From Bugula neritina (Eukaryota; Animalia; Bryozoa), in NCBI GenBank assembly GCA_964035545.1, contig OZ037768.1, forward strand, positions 14,765,675 to 14,829,674: a DNA stretch of 64,000 nucleotides. The letters run 5' to 3'. Shown here one piece after another: positions 16,956-34,171 of the stretch. The stretch's first letter is position 1, and each line of letters opens with the position of its first letter. A program made the translations under genes and the position numbers. A model generated the notes under the pieces. It saw only the letters and a program-made list of their open reading frames with translations, did not search any database and was not told the DNA's origin.

Positions 16956-17358
16956 CTGAAATATACTGAAACATACCGCAATATATGGTAACCTACTGTA
17001 ATATGTTGCAAACCACTGAAACATACTGCATCATCCTGCAACATAATGAAAGATACTGCAACATACTGATATAAACTGCAAGATACTGCAACATACTGAA
17101 ATACACTGCAACACACTAAGGTATACTGTAACATACACAAATTTACTGTAACATACTGAAACATGCCGCAGCATTTATAATATACTGCAACAGATTGAAA
17201 TATACTGCACCATACTGAAATATGCTGTAGCATACTGAAATACACTGCAACACACTGAAGTATACTGTAACATACAGAAATTTACTGTAAAATACTGAAA
17301 TATACTTCAACATACTGAAAACTACCTAAAAATATTGAAACATACTGATATACACTGA

Positions 17359-20300
17359 AACATACTGAAATACACTGCAACATACTGTAATATACTGCAA
17401 GATACTGCAACATACTGAAACACATTGTAAGATACTGAAATGCATTGCAACATACCGCAACATACTGCAACGTATTGAAATACACTGTAACATATTGAAA
17501 AACACTGCAACACATTGAAATATACTGCAACATACTGAAATATACTGCAAGATACTGCAAAATACTGAAATACATTGTGAGATACCTAAATACACTGCAA
17601 CATACTGAAATACACTGTAACATACTGAAATACACTGCAACATACTGAAATATACTGCAAGATACTGCAACATACTGAAACACATTGTAAGATACTGAAA
17701 TGCACTGCAACATACCGCAACATACTGCAACGTATTGAAATACACTGTAACATATTGAAAAACACTGCAACACATTGAAATATACTGCAACATACTGAAA
17801 TATACTGCAAGATACTGCAAAATACTGAAATACATTGTGAGATACCTAAATACACTGCAACATACTGCAACATACTGCAACATATTGAAATACACTGTAA
17901 CATATTGAAAAACACTGCAACACATTGAAATATACCGCAACATACCGAAGTATATGGTAGCCTACTGAAATATACTGCGACATACTGAAATACACTGTAA
18001 CGTACTAAAATACACTGCAACATACTGAAATACACTGTAACATATTAAAATACACTGCAACACACTGAAATATACTGAAACATACCGAAATATATGGTAA
18101 CCCACTGAAATATGTGGCAAACCACTGAAATAGACTGCAACATACTGCAACATAATGAAGTATACTGCAACAGACTGAAATATACGGCAAGAAACTGCAA
18201 CACACCGAAATACACTGTAACATACTGAAGTACACTGCAACATACTGAAATATACTGCATGATACTGCAACATACTGATACACATGTAAGATACTGAAAT
18301 ACACTGCAACATACCGCAACATACTGCAACGTATTGAAATTCACTGTAACATATTGAAAAACACTGCAACACATTGAAATATACTGCAACATACTGAAAC
18401 ATACGGCAACATACTGAAATTTACTGCGACACACTGAAATATAGTGCAACATACTGAAATATACTGTAGCATACTGAAATACACTGCAATACACTGAAGT
18501 ATACTGTAATATACAGGAACGTACTGTAACATACTGAAACATACGGCAACATACTAAAATATACTGCGACACATTGAAAGATCCTGCAACATACTGAAAT
18601 ACACCGTAACATACTAAACTCCACTGCGACATTCTGAAATACACTGTAACACATTAAAATACACTGCAACACATTGAATTATACTGAAATACATCGTAGG
18701 ATACTGAAATACACTGCAAGATATTGCAACATAATGGAATATATGGTAACCTACTGAAATATGTTGAAAACTACTGAAATATACTGCAACATAATGCAAC
18801 ATAATGAAAGATACTGCAACATACTGATATAAACTGCAAGATACTGCAACATACTGAAATACACTGCAACACACTAAGGTATACTGTAACATACACAAAT
18901 TTACTGTAACATACTGAAACATGCCGCAGCATTTATAATATACTGCAACAGATTGAAATATACTGCACCATACTGAAATATGCTGTAGCATACTGAAATA
19001 CACTGCAACACACTGAAGTATACTGTAACATACAGAAATGTACTGTAAAATACTGAAATATACTTCAACATACTGAAAACTACCTAAAAATATTGAAACA
19101 TACTGATATACACTGAAACATACTGAAATACACTGCAACACATTGGAATATACTGCAACATACTGAAATATATGGTAACCTACTGAAGTATGTTGCAAAC
19201 AACTGAAATATACTGCAACATACTGAAATACGCCAGAACATACTGAAATACACTGCAACATACTGAAATACACTGTAACAAATTGAAATACACTGCAACA
19301 CACTGAAATATACTGAAACATACCGAAATATAAGGTAACCTACCGAAATATGTTGCAAACCACTGAAACATACTGCATAATCCTGCAACAAAATGAAATA
19401 AACGGTAACACTGAAGCATACTGCAATATACTGAAATACACTGTAACATACTAAGACATACTGCAACATACCGAAATATATGGTAACCTACTGAAATATG
19501 TTGCAAACGACTGAAATATACTGCAACATACTGCAACATATTGAAGTATACTGCAACATACTGAAATATACTGCAAGATACTGCAACATACTGAAATACA
19601 CTGTAACATACTGAAATACACTGCAACATACTGAAATATACTGCAAGATACTGCAACATACTGAAACACATTGTAAGATACTGAAATGCACTGCAACATA
19701 CTGCAACATACTGCAACGTATTGAAATACACTGTAACATATTGAAAAACACTGCAACACGTTGAAATATACTGCAACATACTGAAATACACTGCAAGATA
19801 CTGCAAAATACTGAAATACATTGTGAGATACCTAAATACACTGCAACATACTGCAACTTACTGCAACATATTGAAATCCACTGTAACATATTGAAAAACA
19901 CTGCAACACATTGAAATATACCGCAACATACCGAAGTATATGGTAGCCTACTGAAATATACTGCGACATACTGAAATACACTGTAACGTACTAAAATACA
20001 CTGCAACATACTGAAATACACTGTAACATATTAAAATACACTGCAACACACTGAAATATACTGAAACATACCGAAATATATGGTAACCCACTGAAATATG
20101 TTGCAAACCACTGAAATAGACTGCAACATACTGCAACATAATGAAGTATACTGCAACAGACTGAAATATACGGCAAGAAACTGCAACACACCGAAATACA
20201 CTGTAACATACTGAAGTACACTGCAACATACTGAAATATACTGCATGATACTGCAACATACTGATACACATTGTAAGATACTGAAATACACTGCAACATA

Positions 20301-23300
20301 CCGCAACATACTGCAACGTATTGAAATACACTGTAACATATTGAAAAACACTGCAACACATTGAAATATACTGCAACATACTGAAACATACGGCAACATA
20401 CTGAAATATACTGCGACACATTGAAATATAGTGCAACATACTGAAATATGCTGTAGCATACTGAAATACACTGCAATACACTGAAGTATACTGTAATATA
20501 CAGGAACGTACTGTAACATACTGAAACATACGGCAACATACTAAAATATACTACGACACATTGAAAGATCCTGCAACATACTGAAATACACTGTAACATA
20601 CTGAAATACACTGCAACATACTGTAATATACTGCAAGATACTGCAACATACTGAAACACATTGTAAGATACTGAAATGCATTGCAACATACCGCAACATA
20701 CTGCAACGTATTGAAATACACTGTAACATATTGAAAAACACTGCAACACATTGAAATATACTGCAACATACTGAAATATACTGCAAGATACTGCAAAATA
20801 CTGAAATTCATTGTGAGATACCTAAATACACTGCAACATACTGAAATACACTGTAACATACTGAAATACACTGCAACATACTGAAATATACTGCAAGATA
20901 CTGCAACATACTGAAACACATTGTAAGATACTGAAATGCACTGCAACATACCGCAACATACTGCAACGTATTGAAATACACTGTAACATATTGAAAAACA
21001 CTGCAACACATTGAAATATACTGCAACATACTGAAATATACTGCAAGATACTGCAAAATACTGAAATACATTGTGAGATACCTAAATACACTGCAACATA
21101 CTGCAACATACTGCAACATATTGAAATACACTGTAACATATTGAAAAACACTGCAACACATTGAAATATACCGCAACATACCGAAGTATATGGTAGCCTA
21201 CTGAAATATACTGCGACATACTGAAATACACTGTAACGTACTAAAATACACTGCAACATACTGAAATACACTGTAACATATTAAAATACACTGCAACACA
21301 CTGAAATATACTGAAACATACCGAAATATATGGTAACCCACTGAAATATGTGGCAAACCACTGAAATAGACTGCAACATACTGCAACATAATGAAGTATA
21401 CTGCAACAGACTGAAATATACGGCAAGAAACTGCAACACACCGAAATACACTGTAACATACTGAAGTACACTGCAACATACTGAAATATACTGCATGATA
21501 CTGCAACATACTGATACACATGTAAGATACTGAAATACACTGCAACATACCGCAACATACTGCAACGTATTGAAATACACTGTAACATATTGAAAAACAC
21601 TGCAACACATTGAAATATACTGCAACATACTGAAACATACGGCAACATACTGAAATTTACTGCGACACATTGAAATATAGTGCAACATACTGAAATATAC
21701 TGTAGCATACTGAAATACACTGCAATACACTGAAGTATACTGTAATATACAGGAACGTACTGTAACATACTGAAACATACGGCAACATACTAAAATATAC
21801 TGCGACACATTGAAAGATCCTGCAACATACTGAAATACACCGTAACATACTAAACTCCACTGCGACATTCTGAAATACACTGTAACACATTAAAATACAC
21901 TGCAACACATTGAATTATACTGAAATACATCGTAGGATACTGAAATACACTGCAAGATATTGCAACATAATGGAATATATGGTAACCTACTGAAATATGT
22001 TGAAAACTACTGAAATATACTGCAACATAATGCAACATAATGAAAGATACTGCAACATACTGATATAAACTGCAAGATACTGCAACATACTGAAATACAC
22101 TGCAACACACTAAGGTATACTGTAACATACACAAATTTACTGTAACATACTGAAACATGCCGCAGCATTTATAATATACTGCAACAGATTGAAATATACT
22201 GCACCATACTGAAATATGCTGTAGCATACTGAAATACACTGCAACACACTGAAGTATACTGTAACATACAGAAATGTACTGTAAAATACTGAAATATACT
22301 TCAACATACTGAAAACTACCTAAAAATATTGAAACATACTGATATACACTGAAACATACTGAAATACACTGCAACACATTGGAATATACTGCAACATACT
22401 GAAATATATGGTAACCTACTGAAGTATGTTGCAAACAACTGAAATATACTGCAACATACTGAAATACGCCAGAACATACTGAAATACACTGCAACATACT
22501 GAAATACACTGTAACAAATTGAAATACACTGCAACACACTGAAATATACTGAAACATACCGAAATATAAGGTAACCTACCGAAATATGTTGCAAACCACT
22601 GAAACATACTGCATAATCCTGCAACAAAATGAAATAAACGGTAACACTGAAGCATACTGCAATATACTGAAATACACTGTAACATACTAAGATATACTGC
22701 AACATACCGAAATATATGGTAACCTACTGAAATATGTTGCAAACGACTGAAATATACTGCAACATACTGCAACATATTGAAGTATACTGCAACATACTGA
22801 AATATACTGCAAGATACTGCAACATACTGAAATACACTGTAACATACTGAAATACACTGCAACATACTGAAATATACTGCAAGATACTGCAACATACTGA
22901 AACACATTGTAAGATACTGAAATGCACTGCAACATACTGCAACATACTGCAACGTATTGAAATACACTGTAACATATTGAAAAACACTGCAACACGTTGA
23001 AATATACTGCAACATACTGAAATACACTGCAAGATACTGCAAAATACTGAAATACATTGTGAGATACCTAAATACACTGCAACATACTGCAACTTACTGC
23101 AACATATTGAAATCCACTGTAACATATTGAAAAACACTGCAACACATTGAAATATACCGCAACATACCGAAGTATATGGTAGCCTACTGAAATATACTGC
23201 GACATACTGAAATACACTGTAACGTACTAAAATACACTGCAACATACTGAAATACACTGTAACATATTAAAATACACTGCAACACACTGAAATATACTGA

Positions 23301-25347
23301 AACATACCGAAATATATGGTAACCCACTGAAATATGTTGCAAACCACTGAAATAGACTGCAACATACTGCAACATAATGAAGTATACTGCAACAGACTGA
23401 AATATACGGCAAGAAACTGCAACACACCGAAATACACTGTAACATACTGAAGTACACTGCAACATACTGAAATATACTGCATGATACTGCAACATACTGA
23501 TACACATTGTAAGATACTGAAATACACTGCAACATACCGCAACATACTGCAACGTATTGAAATACACTGTAACATATTGAAAAACACTGCAACACATTGA
23601 AATATACTGCAACATACTGAAACATACGGCAACATACTGAAATATACTGCGACACATTGAAATATAGTGCAACATACTGAAATATGCTGTAGCATACTGA
23701 AATACACTGCAATACACTGAAGTATACTGTAATATACAGGAACGTACTGTAACATACTGAAACATACGGCAACATACTAAAATATACTACGACACATTGA
23801 AAGATCCTGCAACATACTGAAATACACTGTAACATACTGAAATACACTGCAACATACTGTAATATACTGCAAGATACTGCAACATACTGAAACACATTGT
23901 AAGATACTGAAATGCATTGCAACATACCGCAACATACTGCAACGTATTGAAATACACTGTAACATATTGAAAAACACTGCAACACATTGAAATATACTGC
24001 AACATACTGAAATATACTGCAAGATACTGCAAAATACTGAAATACATTGTGAGATACCTAAATACACTGCAACATACTGAAATACACTGTAACATACTGA
24101 AATACACTGCAACATACTGAAATATACTGCAAGATACTGCAACATACTGAAACACATTGTAAGATACTGAAATGCACTGCAACATACCGCAACATACTGC
24201 AACGTATTGAAATACACTGTAACATATTGAAAAACACTGCAACACATTGAAATATACTGCAACATACTGAAATATACTGCAAGATACTGCAAAATACTGA
24301 AATACATTGTGAGATACCTAAATACACTGCAACATACGGCAACATACTGCAACATATTGAAATACACTGTAACATATTGAAAAACACTGCAACACATTGA
24401 AATATACCGCAACATACCGAAGTATATGGTAGCCTACTGAAATATACTGCGACATACTGAAATACACTGTAACGTACTAAAATACACTGCAACATACTGA
24501 AATACACTGTAACATATTAAAATACACTGCAACACACTGAAATATACTGAAACATACCGAAATATATGGTAACCCACTGAAATATGTGGCAAACCACTGA
24601 AATAGACTGCAACATACTGCAACATAATGAAGTATACTGCAACAGACTGAAATATACGGCAAGAAACTGCAACACACCGAAATACACTGTAACATACTGA
24701 AGTACACTGCAACATACTGAAATATACTGCATGATACTGCAACATACTGATACACATGTAAGATACTGAAATACACTGCAACATACCGCAACATACTGCA
24801 ACGTATTGAAATACACTGTAACATATTGAGAAACACTGCAACACATTGAAATATACTGCAACATACTGAAACATACGGCAACATACTGAAATTTACTGCG
24901 ACACATTGAAATATAGTGCAACATACTGAAATATACTGTAGCATACTGAAATACACTGCAATACACTGAAGTATACTGTAATATACAGGAACGTACTGTA
25001 ACATACTGAAACATACGGCAACATACTAAAATATACTGCGACACATTGAAAGATCCTGCAACATACTGAAATACACCGTAACATACTAAACTCCACTGCG
25101 ACATTCTGAAATACACTGTAACACATTAAAATACACTGCAACACATTGAATTATACTGAAATACATCGTAGGATACTGAAATACACTGCAAGATATTGCA
25201 ACATAATGGAATATATGGTAACCTACTGAAATATGTTGAAAACTACTGAAATATACTGCAACATAATGCAACATAATGAAAGATACTGCAACATACTGAT
25301 ATAAACTGCAAGATACTGCAACATACTGAAATACACTGCAACACACT
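17359..25347. repeat. 3236-bp higher-order repeat, about 2.5 tandem copies (17359-20594, 20595-23830, 23831-25347)
   Basis: ORF series 17586/20822/24058, 18045/21281/24517, 18614/21850 and 19488/22724 are all offset by 3236. GCCGCAGCATTTATAA occurs at 18923 and 22159. Confidence 0.93.
17361..17867. repeat. 260-bp tandem duplication inside the 3236-bp HOR (also at ~20.6, 23.8, 36.1 and 37.2 kb)
   Basis: TACATTGTGAGATACCTAAA occurs at 17571 and 17831, with flanking monomer order conserved. Confidence 0.88.
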
Positions 25348-26860
25348 GAAGTATACTGTAATATACAGAAATGTACTGTAAAATACTGAAATATACTTCA
25401 ACATACTGAAAACTACCTAAAAATATTGAAACATACTGATATACACTGAAACATACTGAAATACACTGCAACACATTGGAATATACTGCAACATACTGAA
25501 ATATATGGTAACCTACTGAAGTATGTTGCAAACAACTGAAATATACTGCAACATACTGAAATAAGCCAGAACATACTGAAATACACTGCAACATACTGAA
25601 ATACACTGTAACAAATTGAAATACACTGCAACACACTGAAATATACTGAAACATACCGAAATATAAGGTAACCTACTGAAATATGTTGCAAACCACTGAA
25701 ACATCCTGCATAATCCTGCAACAAAATGAAATAAACGGTAACACTGAAGCATACTGCAATATACTGAAATACACTGTAACATACTAAGACATACTGCAAC
25801 ATACCGAAATATATGGTAACCTACTGAAATATGTTGCAAACGACTGAAATATACTGCAACATACCGCAACATATTGAAGTATACGGCAACATACTGAAAT
25901 ATACTGCAAGATACTGCAACATACTGAAATACACTGTAACATACTGAAATACACTGCAACATACTGAAATATACTGCAAGATACTGCAACATACTGAAAC
26001 ACATTGTAAGATACTGAAATACACTGCAACATACCGCAACATACTGCAACGTATTGAAATACACTGTAACATATTGAAAAACACTGCAACACATTGAAAT
26101 ATACTGCAACATACTAAAACATACGGCAACATACTGAAATATACTGCGACACATTGAAATATAGTGCAACATACTGAAATATGCTGTAGCATACTGAAAT
26201 ACACTGCAATACACTCAAGTATACTGTAATATACAGAAACGTACTGTAACATACTGAAACATACGGCAACATACTAAAATATACTGCGACACATTGAAAC
26301 ATACTGCAACATACTGAAATACACCAAAACATACTAAACTCCACTGCAACAATCTGAAATACACTGTAACACATTGAAATACACTGCAACACAGTGAATT
26401 ACACTGAAATACATTGTAAGATACGGAAACACACTGCAACATACTGCAACATAATGAAATATACGGTAACCTACTGAAATATGTTGAAAACTACTGAAAT
26501 ATACTGCAACATTATGCAACATAATGAAAGATACTGCAATATACTGAAATAAACTGCAAGATACTGCAACATACTGAAATACACTGTAACATACTGAAAT
26601 ACACTGTAACATATTGAAATACACTGCGACATACTGCAACATACTGAAAAACGCTGTAACATATTGAAATACACTGCAACACATTGAAATATTCCGCAAC
26701 ATACCGAAATATATGGTAACCTAATGAGATATACTGTAACACGTTGAAGTACACTGCAATATACTGAAATACACTGCAACACACTAAATTATACTGTAAT
26801 TTACAGAAATGTATTGCAACATACTGGAATATACTGCAAGATACTGCAACATACTGAAAT
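25335..26860. repeat. About 1.5-kb segment duplicated at 48668-50193 (offset 23,333)
   Basis: ORF pairs 25413/48746, 25784/49117, 26114/49447 and 26471/49804. The variant ACACTCAAGT occurs at 26211 and 49544. Confidence 0.85.
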
Positions 26861-29800
26861 ATACTGCATGATACTGCAACATACTGATACACATTGTAAG
26901 ATACTGAAATGCACTGCAACATACTGAAATATACTGCATGATACTGCAACATACTCATACACATTGTAAGATACTGAAATACACTGCAACAAACCGCAAC
27001 ATACTGCAACGTATTGAAATACACTGTAACATATTGAAAAACACTGCAACACATTGAAATATACTGCAACATACTGAAACATACGGCAACATACTGAAAT
27101 GTACTGCGACACATTGAAATATAGTGCAACATACTGAAATATGCTGTAGCATACTGAAATACACTGCAATACACTGAAGTATACTGTAATATACCGAATT
27201 GTACTGTAACATACTGAAACATACGGTAACATACTAAAATAAACTGCTACACATTGAAATATACTGCAACATACTGAAATACACCGTAACATACTGAAAT
27301 ACACTGCAACATACTGAAATACACTGTAACATATTGAAATACACTGCAACACACTGAAATATACTGAAACATACCGAAATATTTGGTAACCTACTGAAAT
27401 ATGTTGCAAACCACTGAAACATACTGCATCATCCTGCAACAAAATGAAATATACGGTAACACTGAAGCATACTGCAATATACTGAAATATACTGTAACAT
27501 ACTAAGACATACTGCAACATACCGAAAAATATGGTTACCTACTGAAATATGTTACAAACTACTGAAACATACTGCAACATACTGCAACATAATGAAATAT
27601 ACTGCAACATAATGAAATATACTGCAACATACTGAAAAATACTGCAAGTTACTGCAAAATACTGAAATACATTGTAAGATACCTAAATACACTGCAACAT
27701 ACTGCAACATACTGCAACATATTGAAATACACGGTAACATATTGAAAAACACTGCAACACATTGAAATATACCGCAACATACCGAAGTATATGGTAGCCT
27801 ACTGAAATATGCTGCGACATACTGAAATACACTGTAACGTACTGAAATACACTGCAACATACTGAAATACACTGTAACATATTAAAATACACTGCAACAC
27901 ACTGAAATATACTGAAACATACCGAAATATATGGTAACCCACTGAAATATGTTGCAAACCACTGAAATATACTGCAACATTCTGCAACATAATGAAGTAT
28001 ACTGCAACAGACTGAAACATACTGCAACATACTTAAATACACTGTAACATATTGAAATACACTGCAACACACTGAAATATACTGAAACATACCGAAATAT
28101 ATGGTAACCTACTGAAATATGTTGCAAACCACTGAAACATACTGCATCATCCTGCAACAAAATGAAGTATACGGTAACACTGAAGCATACTGCAACATAC
28201 TGTAACATACTAAGACATACTGCAACATACCGAAAAATATGGTAACCTACTGAAATATGTTACAAACTATTGAAATATACTGCAGCATACTGCAACATAA
28301 TGAAATATACTGCAACATACTGAAAGATACTGCAACATACTGAAATACACTATAGAATACCGAAATATACTGCAACATACTGAAATATACTGCAAGATAC
28401 TGCAAAACACTGAAATACATTGTAAGATACCTAAATACACTGCAACATACTGCAACATACTGCAACATATTGAAATACACTGTAACATATTGAAAAACAC
28501 TGCAACACATTGAAATATACTGCAACATACTGAAACATACGGCAACATACTGAAATATACTGCGACACATTGAAATATAGTGCAACATACTGAAATATGC
28601 TGTAGCATACTGAAATACACTGCAATACACTGAAGTATACTGTAATATACAGGAACGTACTGTAACATACTGAAACATACGGCAACATACTAAAATATAC
28701 TGCGACACATTGAAAGATCCTGCAACATACTGAAATACACCGTAACATACTAAACTCCACTGCGACATTCTGAAATACACTGTAACACATTAAAATACAC
28801 TGCAACACATTGAATTATACTGAAATACATCGTAGGATACTGAAATACACTGCAAGATATTGCAACATAATGGAATATATGGTAACCTACTGAAATATGT
28901 TGAAAACTACTGAAATATACTGCAACATAATGCAACATAATGAAAGATACTGCAACATACTGATATAAACTGCAAGATACTGCAAAATACTGAAATACAT
29001 TGTGAGATACCTAAATACACTGCAACATACTGCAACATACTGCAACATATTGAAATACACTGTAACATATTGAAAAACACTGCATCACATTGAAATATAC
29101 CGCAACATACCGAAGTATATGGTAGCCTACTGAAATATACTGCGACATACTGAAATACACTGTAACGTACTAAAATACACTGCAACATACTGAAATACAC
29201 TGTAACATATTAAAATACACTGCAACACACTGAAATATACTGAAACATACCGAAATATATGGTAACCCACTGAAATATGTTGCAAACCACTGAAATAGAC
29301 TGCAACATACTGCAACATAATGAAGTATACTGCAACAGACTGAAATATACGGCAAGAAACTGCAACACACCGAAATACACTGTAACATACTGAAGTACAC
29401 TGCAATATACTGATATATACTGCATGATACTGCAACATACTGATACACATTGTAAGATACTGAAATACACTGCAACATACCGCAACATACTGCAACGTAT
29501 TGAAATACACTGTAACATATTGAAAAACACTGCAACACATTGAAATATACTGCAACATACTGAAACATACGGCAACATACTGAAATATACTGCGACACAT
29601 TGAAATATAGTGCAACATACTGAAATATGCTGTAGCATACTGAAATACACTGCAATACACTGAAGTATACTGTAATATACAGGAACGTACAGTAACATAC
29701 TGAAACATACGCAACATACTAAAATATACTGCGACACATTGAAAGATCCTGCAACATACTGAAATATACCGTAACATACTAAACTCCACTGCGACATTCT

Positions 29801-31065
29801 GAAATACACTGTAACACATTAAAATACACTGCAACACATTGAATTACACTGAAATACATCGTAGGATACTGAAATACACTGCAAGATATTGCAACATAAT
29901 GGAATATATGGTAACCTACTGAAATATGTTGAAAACTACTGAAATATACTGCAACATAATGCAACATAATGAAAGATACTGCAACATACTGATATAAACT
30001 GCAAGATACTGCAACATACTGAAATACACTGCAACACACTAAGGTATACTGTAACATACACAAATTTACTGTAACATACTGAAACATGCCGCAGCATTTA
30101 TGATATACTGCAACAGATTGAAATATACTGCACCATACTGAAATATGCTGTAGCATACTGAAATACACTGCAACACACTGAAGTATACTGTAATATACAG
30201 AAATGTACTGTAAAATACTGAAATATACTTCAACATACTGAAAACTACCTAAAAATATTGAAACATACTGATATACACTGAAACATACTGAAATACACTG
30301 CAACACATTGGAATATACTGCAACATACTTAAATATATGGTAACCTACTGAAGTATGTTGCAAACAACTGAAATATACTGCAACATACTGAAATACGCCA
30401 GAACATACTGAAATACACTGCAACATACTGAAATACACTGTAACAAATTGAAATACACTGCAACACACTGAAATATACTGAAACATACCGAAATATAAGG
30501 TAACCTACTGAAATATGTTGCAAACCACTGAAACATACTGCATAATCCTGCAACAAAATGAAATAAACGGTAACACTGAAGCATACTGCAATATACTGAA
30601 ATACACTGTAACATACTAAGACGTACTGCAACATACCGAAATATATGGTAACCTACTGAAATATGTTGCAAACGACTGAAATATACTGCAACATACTGCA
30701 ACATATTGAAGTATACTGCAACATACTGAAATATACTGCAAGATACTGCAACATACTGAAACACATTGTAAGATACTGAAATGCACTGCAACATGCCGCA
30801 ACATACTGCAACGTATTGAAATACACTGTAACATATTGAAAAACACTGCAACACGTTGAAATATACTGCAACATACTGAAATACACTGCAAGATACTGCA
30901 AAATACTGAAATACATTGTGAGATACCTAAATACACTGCAACATACTGCAACATACTGCAACATATTGAAATCCACTGTAACATATTGAAAAACACTGCA
31001 ACACATTGAAATATACCGCAACATACCGAAGTATATGGTAGCCTACTGAAATATACTGCGACATA

Positions 31066-34000
31066 CTGAAATACACTGCAATACACTGAAGCATTCTGTA
31101 ATATACAGAAACGTACTGTAACATACTGAAACATACGGCAACATACTAAAATATACTGCGACACATTGAAACATACTGCAACATACTGAAATACACCAAA
31201 ACATACTAAACTCCCCTGCAACATTCTGAAATACACTGTAACACATTGAAATACACTGCAACACAGTGAATTACACTGAAATACATTGTAAGATACGGAA
31301 ACACACTGCAACATACTGCAACATAATGAAATATATGGTAACCTACTGAAATATGTTGAAAACTACTGAAATATACTGCAACATTATGCAACATAATGAA
31401 AGATACTGCAATATACTGAAATAAACTGCAAGATACTGCAACATACTGAAATACACTGTAACATACTGAAATACACTGTAACATATTGAAATACACTGCG
31501 ACATACTGCAACATACTGAAAAACGCTGTAACATATTGAAATACACTGCAAGACATTGAAATATTCCGCAACATACCGAAATATATGGTAACCTAATGAG
31601 ATATACTGTAACACGTTGAAGTACACTGCAACATACTGAAATACACTGCAACACACTAAATTATACTGTAATTTACAGAAATGTACTGCAACATACTGGA
31701 ATATACTGCAAGATACTGCAACATACTGAAATACACTGTAACATACTGCAATACACTGCAACATACTGAAATATACTGCATGATACTGCAACATACTGAT
31801 ACACATTGTAAGATACTGAAATGCACTGCAACATACTGAAATATACTGCATGATACTGCAACATACTCATACACATTGTAAGATACTGAAATACACTGCA
31901 ACATACCGCAACATACTGCAACGTATTGAAATACACTGTAACATATTGAAAAACACTGCAACACATTGAAATATACTGCAACATACTGAAACATACGGCA
32001 ACATACTGAAATGTACTGCGACACATTGAAATATAGTGCAACATACTGAAATATGCTGTAGCATACTGAAATACACTGCAATACACTGAAGTATACTGTA
32101 ATATATAGAATTGTACTGTAACATACTGAAACATACGGTAACATATTAAAATATACTGCGACACATTGAAATATACTGCAACATACTGAAATACACCGTA
32201 ACATACTGAAATACACTGCAACATACTGAAATGCACTGTAACATATTGAAATACACTGCAACACACTGAAATATACTGAAACATACCGAAATATATGGTA
32301 ACCTACTGAAATATGTTGCAAACCACTGAAACATACTGCATCATCCTGCAACAAAATTAAATATACGGTAACACTGAAGCATACTGCAATATACTGAAAT
32401 ATACTGTAACATACAAAGACACACTGCAACATACCGAAAAATATGGTAACCTACTGAAATATGTTACAAACTACTGAAACATACTGCAACATACTGCAAC
32501 ATAATGAAATATACCGCAACATAATGAAATATACTGCAACATACTGAAAGATACTGCAAGTTACTGCAAAATACTGAAATACATTGTAAGATACCTAAAT
32601 ACACTGCAACATACTGCAACATACTGCAACATATTGAAATACACTGTAACATATTGAAAAACACTGCAACACATTGAAATATACCGCAACATACCGAAGT
32701 ATATGGTAGCCTACTGAAATATACTGCGACATACTGAAATACACTGTAACGTACTGAAATACACTGCAACATACTGAAATGCACTGTAACATATTAAAAT
32801 ACACTGCAACACACTGAAATATACTGAAACATACCGAAATATATGGTAACCCACTGAAATATGTTGCAAACCACTGAAATATACTGCAACATACTGCAAC
32901 ATAATGAAGTATACTGCAACAGACTGAAATATACTGCAACATACTGAAATACACTGTAACATATTGAAATACACTGCAACACACTGAAATATACTGAAAC
33001 ATACTGAAATATATGGTAACCTACTGAAATATGTTGCAAACCACTGAAACATACTGCATCATCCTGCAACAAAATGAAGTATACGGTAACACTGAAGCAT
33101 ACTGCAACATACTGTAACATACTAAGACATACTCCAACATACCGAAAAATATGGTAACCTACTGAAATATGTTAAAAACTATTGAAATATACTGCAGCAT
33201 ACTGCAACATAATGGAATATACTGCAACATACTGAAAGATACTGCAACATACTGAAATACACTATAGAATACCGAAATATACTGCAACATACTGAAATAT
33301 ACTGCAAGATACTGCAAAATACTGAAATACATTGTGAGATACCTAAATACACTGCAACATACTGCAACATACTGCAACATATTGAAATACACTGTAACAT
33401 ATTGAAAAACACTGCATCACATTGAAATATACCGCAACATACCGAAGTATATGGTAGCCTACTGAAATATACTGCGACATACTGAATTACACTGTAACGT
33501 ACTAAAATACACTGCAACATACTGAAATACACTGTAACATATTAAAATACACTGCAACACACTGAAATATACTTAAACATACCGAAATATATAGTAACCC
33601 ACTGAAATATGTTGCAAACCACTGAAATAGACTGCAACATACTGCAACATAATGAAGTATACTGCAACAGACTGAAATATACGGCAAGAAACTGCAACAC
33701 ACCGAAATACACTGTAACATACTGAAGTACACTGCAATATACTGATATATACTGCATGATACTGCAACATACTGATACACATTGTAAGATACTGAAATGC
33801 ACTGCAACATACCGCAACATACTGCAACGTATTGAAATACACTGTAACATATTGAAAAACACTGCAACACATTGAAATATACTGCAACATACTGAAACAT
33901 ACGGCAACATACTGAAATATACTGCGACACATTGAAATATAGTGCAACATACTGAAATATGCTGTAGCATACTGAAATACACTGCAATACACTGAAGTAT

Positions 34001-34171
34001 ACTGTAATATACAGGAACGTACTGTAACATACTGAAACATACGGCAACATACTAAAATATACTGCGACACATTGAAAGATCCTTCAACATACTGAAATAT
34101 ACCGTAACATACTAAACTCCACTGCGACATTCTGAAATACACTGTAACACATTAAAATACACTGCAACACA
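31066..34171. repeat. Distal copy of 13850-16955
   Basis: Same monomer-variant order at a constant offset of 17,216. Confidence 0.88.

Noticed and set aside
18931-18942. TATA-like TTTATAATAT element
   Set aside because: It arises from a mutated monomer with a 1-bp deletion in AT-rich satellite, with no downstream gene or other promoter evidence.
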